64,000 bases of DNA from positions 31,388,628 to 31,452,627 of the forward strand of contig OZ037767.1 of the NCBI GenBank assembly GCA_964035545.1, read 5' to 3'. Made by a program: the position numbers and the translations under genes. A model generated the notes under the pieces. It did no database searches. It saw only the letters and a program-made list of their open reading frames with translations, and had not been told where the DNA came from. How positions within the stretch are numbered: position 1 is the stretch's first letter; each line of letters starts with the position of its first letter. This document shows, piece by piece, positions 52,001-64,000 of the stretch. Source of the stretch: Bugula neritina (Eukaryota; Animalia; Bryozoa).

Positions 52001-55000
52001 TGTTACTGCTGCTGCTGTTGCTGCTACTGCTGCTGCTAGGCCAATCACAGTGTCTAGAAAAAGCTCTTGTGTGCAAGTTTATTTCAAACAACTCCAAAGC
52101 AGCTAATCAGGATAAAAAATTATTTAGTGCTTTTTTATAAATTAAGCATTTTTTAAACTTCAACTAACTAAGTCATAAATGTTGTATTTTAAAAGACAGA
52201 AAAGTGTTTGGGGTTGAAAATTGTGTAATATTGTCCTTCTGTACCACGGTTTTCTGTGTGTGTACTGTGTACTCTGTAACTATTATAGTTAGGCTATATA
52301 CTATTACAGTGAAATGATGTCAATTTATGAACTAATTAATTATTGTTAACCAATAATATAAATTTGATCAAATTGAAAATTGAAATAAAATAGAATGGAT
52401 AGTTGTACAAATAGTTTACTCCAGCATGAGTAAGATATGAATGGCAAGTTTCTGCAGGTGCTACAAGTTCACTAGTACATTTATAAATGTCACCATATAT
52501 AAATATTTCATTTGGCTATATGGTTATAAGGAGCTATGCATTATACATTACATGTAAATTTATAATTTCCAATAATATTTTAACATGTGTCGCAAATAAT
52601 ACATAATATTTATGATGGAAGCAATATTCTGCTTATGACAATGACTGTCACTTGCATAAGAAAAATGATTAAAGCAAGACAAATTATTTATTATGGATAT
52701 TAATTAGAGTTTAAACCTGTCAGAAAAGATCATTTGAATAATCTAAATATAGACTGATAAAAGTTAAAAATAGAATGCACACATTCTTTTATAGAAAACT
52801 ATTTACTATGGGACACAATAGTAGAAAGCAACAATTTATTTGTTGCAATATATTCCCTGTAAGTAAATTGGATTCTCCATATAATAGTGTTACTTCATAG
52901 AGCACAATATTACAATAATTATAATTATATATATTAATATATGTTTACAGCATAATATAATGTTTCCATAACGATTATAGAAACAAACATTGATTATTTG
53001 TTTGTTGGCTGCCGGGATACGTTAACCAATCAACATTTAGCTATTTATTATCTATATACCCACCCTGTTTGTGATGAAGGCATTGGATTTATTCTTCAGC
53101 AGTAAATCTACAGATTTGCTAAAGCCATGCCACGAAGCCTCATGTAAAGGTGTATTTCCATACTACAACAAATGGAGATATCACTATACAGTATACATTT
53201 ATTCTGGCAACAATCAGGATTAATCCGTAAGATAATGATATTTTAAACACAATGTTTTTGCTATTTTTATCTAGACTATTCATTCCATCAAAGTAAATAT
53301 GTTTTCAAACCAGTTCATTGCCTTCTACTAGTTTTGTTAAGGAAATATTCTAGAATGGCTAATGAAATGAGTTACACAATAGAAAACGCATTGCCAGACA
53401 CACGCCTACAAATTACAAAATTAACAGTAACTTTATCAATTGAGTAAAATTCAAATACAATTTATCAAAATAGTAGGAAAAATAACTCTAAATCACCATA
53501 CATCTTTTATAAATAGCATCTTAGGTTATTGTTAGTCTATTATTATATTGTATTACGTTATTCAAGGTACAAGCTGCAGCTGGAGATGAGTCATGCCAAA
53601 ACCAGCTGGCTTTGTAAGTTGGCCTTTTCTGTTGGAACCAAATTATAAATTATCAAAAATAACATAATGAACTGAAAGTTTGACTAATTTACAAATTAAA
53701 GCACCGCACACTCAAAACGACCCTCCCTTTATTCTCATGCAAAAGAATTAATTATTTTTTTCGTTTCCTATAACCAAACAGCATAATATTATAATAAGTT
53801 GGGAAGGAGTGATACCTTTGATTATAAGCAACTTGATGGGATTTTCATTTTTAAAAAATCTTCTAGTCCTAATTTTTTACTTTAGTATTTAATTTTATAT
53901 CTAGCTAACTAACTAGCCCTTAACAAAAAGATCTTAAATTATTTTACTTAATTTATGACCAACTCCTGGACACATTATTAAAATATTATTCACAACTGTT
54001 TTCTTTCAATCCCACAATGCATTGCTGTAGAGTTTATGGAGAAGTGCAGACGGTTCAGCAGTATCAAAGTAAATGGTAGCCGCATTCTTCCAGTCTCACA
54101 ATCTTCCAGTCTCACGTGAGTAATTTAAAAGGAAGAAGCAGTCTTAAACTTATAAGTATTTCCCTGAATAGTGAAATAATCCGAGTGAGTCAACCTCAGT
54201 CATCTTGAGTGAGATTAGTAAATGTGCACTCAGACTGATTACTTGCTGAGAAAAACTCCTTTTTGAGAAAACACTAGTAACAACTTTTTTTTTCAAGAGG
54301 CAATATTCTTAGTTTTGTTATGAAAATTAAATTACTTTGAAACGTCTTTTTGAAAAATAAATATTTTCTTTTTATTGAATCAAAAACAATTTAAAAGCTT
54401 TAAATTTTTAGATGTGAATGCTATTAAGCTAATATAAGAATGTTTATATATAACAAGGGAATCTCATGTATTGATAAACAAAGCTTATTTATATTAGCCT
54501 TACTTCATACAATTTTTTACTTTAAGGAAGGAGAGTTTGTGACATAAGTTTAAAAAAAACTTTTCTCTCATTTAAGATTTGTTTTACTGCGCATCTCACA
54601 GCCTTATCCAGATTCTTATCTTGCGTAGAAAATAATATTACTTTTCCCCCACATATTAGCTCCTAAGTAAACCTTAATTGTCATGATGGTCAGTATTAAT
54701 GACAGACCACCCACACAGTTTATTTAATCAGAAGATATCTGCCAGAAAGACGACTTCCACCAGAAAGACGCTATAGGATTAGGAATTCACTTACCATGTC
54801 ATCTTGGGTATCGATGTCACATCCCTCGTTTATCAGTAGCTCAAGGACATCAAGATGGCCGCTGGCCGCTGCCTTGTGCAATGCCGTGTACCCACTCTGT
54901 AACACATATGAACAATCTAAAACTTGGCGACATTTTAGTGTGACTACAATAACTGCGGTCACTGCACGGTCATGAGTCAATTCCCACACATCTTAAACTC

Positions 55001-57184
55001 AATAAACACTTTTTTCTTAAGTCATATTTCATATGAGAAAGCAGTTTTTGTCCATCAAAGAAGCTATGAGTCATTTTGAGATGTTTTCAACTGGACAGGA
55101 GGTTGAGCTCATAACTCATGCAGCTGGTATCTGACCAACAAGAGTTCTCTCTATGGCCATTTTACACAAACACTTTGTCCTGTTTTCTTGCTGCTTTGCA
55201 GTTTACCCCATTCCAAGCATGTCAGTCATACTTGGCGAGTTTCACAGGTTCCAAAGTGCGTAACACGATTTTTTTGCCCAATGTCCATGATTCACAAAAT
55301 ATAAACATTTAAATCTGAGCAGTTTAGGTGTAATCTGTTTACGTGCGGGCAAGTGAATACCTACAACTAAGTTGAATGCTCCGCAGTTTGAGAGCATAAA
55401 ACACCAACATTGCAGAAATCTGGCAAGCGTTGGACATGTTCAAACAGTTCAGCATAAATTCAGTTCACTTTTTACCTGGTACTGGCTTCAAACTGTGAAA
55501 CAAAAGTTTATGAATCAAAATATTTAACTGTTTGGTAAGTCGTATGTGGTTGTTGCTACAAAATGAGACTTAAATCAATCTTGTTAGTAACAAAACAATT
55601 GCATCAACTGAGTCTAAGCTGCTAGCTGGTTGATGTTGTCTCTATCTTTGTATGATCAAAATGTGGACTAGGTCAGTTTTCTGTAGAATAAGTGTGTTTA
55701 TGAAATAATGCTGCCAAACTAGCTGTAGATTCAGATAGAACCATCCTATCTGAATGCCAGTATTGCTATGGGCTAGAACCAAGTAAAGCTATTTATACTT
55801 TTCAGTTGCACTTTCTAGAATTCTATAACACAAACCCTCAACTATGTTGTCACTGTTAAGGTTATTCTGAGTACAAACTGAATGATTATCACAGCTGTAT
55901 CAATTTTCAGCCATGTTTCAGAGTAGTTGAAGTTTTACCTCATCAGGGATATCGACGTCTGTACCGTGTTCCAGCAGCAGACGAACTACTTCTGCAAACC
56001 CGTTCTGTGCAGCTACATGGACAGCTGTAGTGCCAGTCTACAAACAACCATTACTTTGTATAATCTCTCTAATAGCAGTAATTCTATCACATGCTTTGTC
56101 TATTGCTGAAAATAAACCTCTTTCTGAGACTAACTGCCAAAGCTAAAAAGTAGAATCTTAAGCTAAGTGAAACCTTGCATACTTAGGAGTTGCAGCTGTC
56201 AACAAAAATCAAACAATTTGCCTTTTTATCATGCACCAGTGTAAAATAATGTACCCTTTTAGCGTGACTCATTGAGGTAAGTACCGTGATCAAGCACAAT
56301 GGCGCAACGACAAAATTAATTACATAATGAGTCACCATCTTCCAAAGACAAAAGTCACGTCTTCGAGTAAATTCCCATTTAATGTCATGTATTGACTTTC
56401 CTATTCACTTCGACAACAACTGTTTAGTTTTAGATTGTAGAATGGAGCCATTCGTGGCTGCTTATGAAATTGTAAACCACTTAGGCATGGAACCCGGAAT
56501 CAAAAGTGTAAAAATGATGCTATTTTTAGTCTTTTCTTAGTTTTTGCAAAATAATCACCAGGTTTGTAATTTTGACACTGGAATGATTTTAATGGTAAAT
56601 CTACAAGTTGGTGTCAAAAATGGCCACCTGTGCTCTCTGCTAGAGGTATGAAATCTGGATGTACAAACCACATCAATACCAGCTTGCAAAAGGCAAATCA
56701 ACTACTTGTGGTAGGAATTTCTTTTATTTCTTTTCTATATGTCAAAAATAATATTGCTTAGCAGTCATTATAGTTTTTGTTGCATAGGAACTTGGTTAGA
56801 GTGTATGAAATATTGCCTGTCATAGTGTGGCATCATATTCATGAATTATAGTCCAGAGTGATGGCTGCATAATGGTTTTACAAAATGATTTAAATGATAA
56901 ACTTGCCTGGAAGTTTAGATTAGTGATAAAACCTTACTTGAATTAATTTTCCATTAATAACAAAAAATTTAAGAGACAGGCTGATTTTCTTGCAGTATGA
57001 GTTTGTTTAGTTCCAAAAATACCTCGTCTAAAGTAACTTGAGCTCCGTCATATAGCAACTCTTTTACTAACTCTGTGTCTCCTTTCTGTGCCGCTGACTT
57101 TAGTTTTTGATCTATGTCAAGGTCGTTCATAAGCTTCACAAAGGACAGACTTTGTGGTGGTGTGTGATCATCCTCTTCGCTCAT
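46019..57184 (-). CDS. ANKRD6: Ankyrin repeat domain-containing protein 6 (Diversin/Diego-like), ~14 exons; approximately 57184-57023, 56037-55939, 54896-54795, 53162-53064, 51853-51755, 51091-50894, 49980-49897, 49428-49267, 48961-48829, 48528-48347, 48172-48053, ~47897-47690, 47472-47323, 47059-46019
   Basis: Ankyrin repeats on ~99-bp exons: GTTAVHVAAQNG, GYTALHKAAASGH, GNTPLHEASWHGFSKS (diagnostic of ANKRD6), GCTPLHLAAQSGHNQS, GDTPLHTAARYGH, GDTALHITAA; followed by YYRDLAGNIRQGP..CHC and a low-complexity C-terminal tail. 3' exon boundaries are less certain. Confidence 0.85.
51984..52037. repeat. (CTG)n-like trinucleotide repeat, intronic
   Basis: Directly visible. Confidence 0.8.
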
Positions 57185-57709
57185 ACTCAGTCCTTCTGTA
57201 AACACAACAGTAATTGGATAAAGTTGTGAAAGCAAACTTTTGATTGGCCACTTCAAGTCACCATTTCTATTAAAAAAAGTAATGAATCGCACTCTGTGTT
57301 GATTTGGTTGAAAATTTACGAGAAGAATATCCGTTTCCCATTAAGACTAGTGTTTGTTACTAAACTATCAAACCCCTGTGTGCATCTCTTTGACTCAAAA
57401 ATATTATTATGTAAATTCATACAGAATTCGAGTAAAATTTGGCATTATTGTGAATATGGTTCTGGCTGCATATTATATCAATATTGTGTGTAGTTGCTGG
57501 GTTATGATAATTATCATGCAACATGTGTTTCAACATAACTTTTATGGAAGAGCTTAAAATGCAAAAACAACTAACGGTAAGCCCCTTCCGTCTAACTGCT
57601 TTACATATTCTATATATTACTTCACTATACAGTTTTACAGCAACACAAATTTTATTTCGATTTTAGTTGATCAAATTTTGCAGACTATTTACATATTTTG
57701 GCTGCTTAT

Positions 57710-57826
57710 AACCATGGCCAACCGCTGTCTAACCAAAGCCAACCGCTGTCTAACCATGGCCAATCGCTGTCTAACCATGGCCAATCGCTGTCTAACCAAA
57801 GCCAACCGCTGTTTATAACCATGGCG
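57710..57826. repeat. 21-bp tandem repeat (aaccatggccaa[c/t]cgctgtct, ~5 copies)
   Basis: Directly visible. Confidence 0.85.
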
Positions 57827-60800
57827 AAAGGCCAAAACATCTGTTTGAAGTCTGGTGGTATTTATTCTATAGGAAGAAGTCTTACGGAAAGATTTGAGGA
57901 AACAGATTTCAGCTACGATAGGCTGACCACTAAGATCCAGTTAGCGGTCAGCCTGCAGTCCAAGAGAAACAAAACAGGATTTACCTACTCAGGTGGCTGA
58001 TTCGTGAACAAGATTATCAACATAAATAGTTGTAAGTATTAGCCTAATTCTGTGTGGTATACTTACAAATTAATCTATGGTGTTGAGGCCAATAATGTTG
58101 TTAGGAATATGGCATACAATAGTTACCTGTTTTCTCTTTACGGTCCCAGCAGCTGTATCTATACAACTATCCCTATAGACTGATATTAATACCAAATAAA
58201 TTTACAGATTGCCTCATTGCTTTATGTCCCACTTACACTATAATTCAACATTATCATATACATTACAACGCAATATGCCACAGTTTTACATATTAGTATT
58301 GGAGAGCTATAACGTAGTTTCTCTAAAGAATTGTTCATCTCGTTTTGATTCTTATTTGAAGTCATTTTAAATTCATGTTTAAGGACAAACTACAACATAA
58401 TAGATTTTAAGAAATCTGCTTTTTTTGAAACTTCAACTCTGAAATTGTTTTTTTCAGAAATAAAAGAATTAATTAACAGTTATATTGCCAACCAAGTTTA
58501 TTAGCCCAATAAATGTGTCAAGTCTAATATCAGAATGAGTTATTTGTTTGTGGGGGATTGTTGCAGACCACCCACTCTTCCTCTCTCTACCTACTAAGGT
58601 TTCACAGCTACTAACAAGCTAATCCCAAGGTAGTATTTACTAGACTCTGAATAGCAACATCTGCCCCAACATGTGCTTAAAATTACCAATGATCTATTTT
58701 CTGTTACTCATTATTTCTTCTTACAAAGAAGTCTGTCTTTTCGAAGGAGTTTCTACATACTTTGACTGTCACATACAGTAGGAACTGCTGGATAAACAAG
58801 AACTAACACACAGGACTTTAATGCAAGTCACTTATTTTCAATGATGCAACTTGTAACTTTAAAGCTTAGTAACTCGATAGGAATGTAGTGATCTCCTATA
58901 TATTGAACAGAAACTGATGTAATTGGAAAATAAAGATATGAGCTCCAATAAATGGCTACTGTTCAGCTAATTAGAAACATTCTAGAGATCATATGATTGA
59001 ATCAGCAAAAATGTCTCAAGATCTATAACAATGTACTACCCTCCAGATATATATAGCAATGTCTAAGTCCCTCTAGATATGAGAGTACAACAATGCTATA
59101 AGTCTTGAATGTTAACAACTCCGCCATGAGCAAAAATGTAATTATCATTTTGATTGGTCTTTTATATTCTTCCAGCAGCTTTATAATACAATCAGATATG
59201 ATTAAATTATATAGTTATGATTTTACGATAATTTATTAAAATTCCTCATGTAATTACTAGCCACTCACTAAGGCGTTTACAATTGGTGTCTAAAAATATT
59301 CATCGGGTGGAAAGTAATCAGAGGGAATACAATAAGTCATTGTTCTAGACAATTCTCCGCTGTGAGCTGGAAACACTGCATACATTGCATGGTGTACATG
59401 GCATGACGTAAAGACACAAGTTGCACAGCTATAATGAAACTCATATCCCACAACAGTGTAGGCACATGGAACTAAATTATAATTCTACTAACATAATAAT
59501 ACTCCAGTAATCACCTTTGAATAGGTTTAATTATTTTAATGTAAGCAACCTCAGATAAAAGCTATTAGAAATTGCAACTATCAATTAACCAAAGTAATGG
59601 ATTATTAATTTACTGGTAACCTGAAAGAATGTCATGTCAGCATATTCTAAACAGCAATCAGCTAGTGACAGACTTGATTCCGGCAGCACCAAATCTTGGC
59701 AGCAGACAAATTGGTAAACATGTCAAACTTTTGCAACAATAAAATCAATGGTGTAGGTATTTACTAAATTATGTTTATCCTATACTGAGATCAATTCTTA
59801 GGTATTAAGATATACTATATTATTATGTAGACTTACATAATATAGTATATTATATAACATAGTGTGGTGTACAGTGTCGGGTGTTACACAATCAACTGGT
59901 ATTGTATTCACAGTATTGAGCAATTAGATTGCTAATATGCAGGTAAATAGTTATGTTTGCTTTGAAGTCATCACTGGGGGCTTTTTTATTGTTTAGGTCA
60001 GGCATTTCCATGTTTCTATAAACATCTATTATTAGAATCTATTATCGGATTACTACAGACTAGAGACAAATTTCTACAGTAGCTCAGTAAACTCTTAGCA
60101 CTGGCGCAACATGACTTTGACGCGAAATGGCGGTTTTCCCTCTTTGGTTTATTGCTATAGTTTAAAATTTAATTTTTATTTAAATTTGAAAAAAGTGCCA
60201 GTAACAAACAAATAAGAACTAAGCAATAGGAAATAACTAGAAGTATTTAAATTGGAAGCACTTAAAACGAGCAATACTGTCCATCAGCTTTACGTAATTG
60301 ATGTTTTGCAAAAAAGTTCTTGGCGCTATCTGAGTTAATTTTAAGGGAAGTAATACTGTAATACTGTTTAGAATAATTACAACCATTTAGACGTTGAAAA
60401 TATAACATACTAAGAAACTGAGTAGCATAAAGAAAACAGTCGGCAAACGCCTTGCAACAAAGAATTTCATTCATAGAAGTTGCAGAATGAAAAATATACA
60501 GTCAAAGTATGCAAGGAATTCATTAGCTAGAAAGACACATTGAGTTTGTGAAAGCAAAGACTGAGCTATGTAAACATCAGCATAAAAGTCTTTAGCAATG
60601 TTTACCAGCCCGTCTATGCATATAAATAATATCAGCTATTATAGCAACATTGCATGGCCATTATTCCAGTTCTTTGTGAGAATAAAATGAAGCTGGGTTC
60701 TAAGATATTGTTTTGGTGCACCTTTTTTTTATTTGTGTTTGTTCCTTGTTGGTAAAGACCTAAGTCTATATAGTCTACAGAGTCCTAAGCCCATAGTCTA

Positions 60801-61570
60801 CAGAGACCTAAGTCCATCACATGGTTTACCAGAACCCAATAGACTATATTAGTTACTGTAGATACTTTTTTTGAGAAGATGGGTGTAGGGTGTAAGCTAA
60901 TTAACCACTTATATAAAAGCTTTTGATGAAAGTTATTAAATGAGTCTTTCTATAGAATTTAATATAAAATATAATTTTGAAATCTAATTAAATGTTAGAG
61001 GAATACAAACTATAATTAGAATATATCATAATTAACACCTATATAGATACTATTTTAAGTGGAACTAATGCTGCTTTCATTGCAAGTAGGTGATAATGTA
61101 GAGATGATAAAGTGAGCAAAACATAGTTCACTGTGCATCTTTTAAAACATCAATGGAAGCGTCAAAAGTTTGGCATAATATAAATCAATAGGCAAGCAAA
61201 TTAAATAGTATTGAATTATAGATGATGCTTAGTCACCAATGAGCTTTATTGGAAATATTTCAGTTGATGAAGTGATTGGAATAAGCAGATCAAAGAAATG
61301 TTGTGGTATATTTTCCACTGCATGAAGGACTGGGAGTTAATCAAATATGATGCTAATAACATTGAGAGGAAATGCACTAGGTTAATAAAGCAATGGGTGG
61401 CTTTTGTATAAAATAACTTCCATGTATATTTTGAATAAGTTAGAATTAATATTTCAAATGAAAACAAAGCATTAATGCCGTTATTAGAAGGTGGACTAAC
61501 CATAGTAAATGGTTATTAATTAATTGTGATAATCCCTCGTCCCATTGAGTATGAGGAAATGAATTAGTAT

Positions 61571-61985
61571 AACACAGTGCAGAACACAGTGCAGAACACA
61601 GGGCAGAACACAGTGCAGAACACAGTGCAGAACACAGTGCAGAACACAGTGCAGAACACAGTGAAGAACTCAGTGCAGAACACAGTGCAGAACACAGTGC
61701 AGAATACAGTGCAGAATACAGTGCAGAACACAGTGCAGAACTCAGTGCAGAATACAGTGCAGAACACAATGCAGAACTCAGTGCAGAATACAGTGCAGAA
61801 CTCAGTGCAGAACTCAGTGCAGAACTCAGTGCAGAATACAGTGCAGAACACAATGCAGAACTCAGTGCAGAACACAGCACAGAACACAGCACAGAACACA
61901 GTGCAGAACTCAGTGCATGCAGAACACAGTGCAGAACTCAGTGCATGCAGAACACAGTGCAGAACTCAGTGTAGAACACAGTGCA
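61571..61985. repeat. 12-bp minisatellite (agtgcagaacac, ~34 copies)
   Basis: Directly visible; gives QNTV/SALC periodic ORFs. Confidence 0.95.
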
Positions 61986-62384
61986 CAACTAGCTCAACTG
62001 GGTGGGTAGAACCTAGTGGTGGATAGGGCCTACAGTGGTGGATAAATATTGATAGTAACCAGATCCTAGTTGTTTACTTCAACTATCTCTAAAGTTTTGG
62101 CATGCTTATAACTTTTAACTGTTGAATCTAATTTTATTTTTACAGTTTTTTATGTGGGCAACTAAAGTACTTGGCTCTGGGCGTTGACTGACGTGGGACA
62201 GGCCTGGGCCTCTTCATCTTACAGGACGTACTGTAATTCACCCACACACTCAACGTCAGTTTATAAAAATAAATACACAAAACTGACTTTTTTCTCAGTT
62301 AGCAGAAAATTCTAGTAAAGAGTTAAAATAAGTTGATACGAGAAACTAGACTTTTAAATTCATAAAACCCCAACTGAAACATAC

Positions 62385-62646
62385 CATCTGTGGAAGTGTC
62401 GTGTTCGTCTGAGCAAACAGGATACAGGAGCGGATCTGCTGTGGAAAGTTCCCCAGCTGCCTGCTCATTGACAACAGAGTTTTCTGTTGACTCCAGTGAC
62501 TGGGCGTACAGCTTCTTCTCATCCTCTCCATTATTTGAATCTATTTGTGATGTTGGGCTGAGTGTAGACCTCGGTGTAGCCTCAGATCCCGTGCTCACAG
62601 AGGACTGCGTGTTGGTTACTACAAACTTTCTAATCATGCTTGACAT
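62385..62646 (-). CDS. Probable upstream coding exon of ANKRD6 (Ser/Thr/acidic N-terminal extension, 87 codons)
   Basis: ATG at 62646 (MSSMIRKF...), open to a G|GTATG donor in phase 1, which matches the phase-1 acceptor tttacag|AAGGACTGAGTATG just before 57184; CCAAT motifs at ~62955 and ~62977. Confidence 0.55.
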
Positions 62647-64000
62647 AAAGTAGTTCTGCCCCAAGTCTTTAAAGCAAAAGTTGCTGTCAATTCCACCTTT
62701 CAGGCAGTAGTTTATTGAAAAGGTTCTACTTCTGCTCGGAGCTCATGATCAGCAAGACGGCAGCAGGCTGGTGTTAGAGTAATCGCAAATGTTAAAGTGA
62801 ATGTTTCCAGATCGTCTTCAGTAAAGCTTCTATTTAATCTTAATCCGTCTTTCATACAGATTCCTACCTAATTATTCACTGCCTTTAATTCCTCGGGCCT
62901 CTACTCAACTATTGATACCTCGCGTTGAACACAAACACTAAATCTCTTTTTTAACCAATCACAGGGAAGCATGCTGATTGGCTTAACCGTTGAACGTGAC
63001 ACTTTGATTCCCATATAAAAAACTAGAAGCACAGTGGGGTGCACGACTTGGATGAAAGGAGTAAATACACTAATGATTACCAGAAAGCTGTCTGACACAA
63101 ACCCATACAAACATTCTTCCTAGATGAGTATCAAAACATTACAGGAAAAATAATTACCCCAAAACAAAAGGAAGTATCTCATTCGAGTTCTTTGTCTAAT
63201 CCAGCTTGCAACTATGAAATCGCTTCACAGTGCAACACCTATTAGTCTGTTAAGACTCAACAGCAGGTAATAAATGTATCACTTGCTATAGTCATAGCTA
63301 ATTAAAGAGACAAAGCACTTCTCCTCCAGGTAAGAGTGGTAAACATGACTCTTTAAGATATGATTGCAGTTTTCTGTCCAGTTAGTTCTCCAGTTTGATA
63401 CAAGTTGGTTGAGCTCAATTTAAGAGTAGAGTTGGCCATAAAAAAGCTGTTTTAGTTTGAACAAAAATTAAGCAGAGCTTTTCAAAGAGTTACCATCTAA
63501 AAGAGGAGCTGCATTCTAAATAAGCACTAAAGTTAGTCAAAAGCACTGAGGCGCTTTGCTAATTATTGGTTGTAGCTCAGTGACAAATTAATTTAATTAA
63601 TCTGTGGTGCACTTCAAACCTACTTTTTTGGTTTTAATTATCTCAAAGGTACAATGCAATGACATCTAGTCCATGCAATAAGCTATGAAATCTCCAAAAG
63701 AAACTTCTATATGAACTAAAATTTAAATGCTTTTTGACTAACTCTACTTACATTCTGTCCTAAATTCTGGGCAGTTTTGACTTCAGCCAATTAGAAAGTC
63801 AGTTACCAATTGCTGCTAAGAAAGCATATTTATAATAAGCTACAGTTCACTGATGAGGTCAGCTCCCCCCCCCCTTCCCCTCTTGAAAATTAATTATTCA
63901 CGGCATAGGCTATTGTTTCAAAGTGAGAAATTTGTTTTATAAAATATTGTTACTTGCTGAACAGTTTGAATAAAAAATAAGTTTATTACAAAATTTATTT

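Noticed and set aside
50680-53060. Helitron/Helentron-like end motifs in ANKRD6 introns (e.g. ACTAGAAATG ~51187; ttagctatttattatctatata ~53037)
   Set aside because: Only vague resemblance; no paired ends or boundaries could be defined by eye
61446-62026. QNTV/SALC/VFCT repeat ORFs
   Set aside because: Translations of a 12-bp minisatellite open in several frames, with no splice or start support

Overview
AT-rich, intron-rich eukaryotic DNA from an animal; the gene and TE content suggests an invertebrate, but the species cannot be determined from sequence alone. From left to right: (1) A 13-exon clan-3 cytochrome P450 pseudogene (+, 1119-17226) with a frameshift, an in-frame stop, a damaged last exon, and a full-length Ty3/Gypsy LTR retrotransposon inserted in exon 8. 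The element (6955-15613) has 717-bp LTRs that look identical, a GTAT target-site duplication, a tRNA-Leu primer-binding site, gag, -1 frameshifted pol, and an intact third ORF in the env position. That ORF is not an envelope: it encodes zinc fingers, an Arg-rich motif and a leucine-zipper-like coil, and is the best candidate here for an undescribed system. (2) A 5-exon gene for a secreted, cationic three-WAP-domain protein (-, 17795-23928), with a decayed Academ-like DNA transposon and a nested RTE LINE fragment in its last intron. (3) A non-autonomous hAT element. (4) ABCF3 (-, 16 exons, 27572-44933), whose introns carry many different minisatellites abutting splice sites and which hosts a nested antisense LRR gene (+, 37864-41847). 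(5) ANKRD6/Diversin (-, 46019-57184, with a probable extra 5' exon at 62385-62646). All exon models were assembled by hand from GT/AG sites and phase continuity; no database searches were run.
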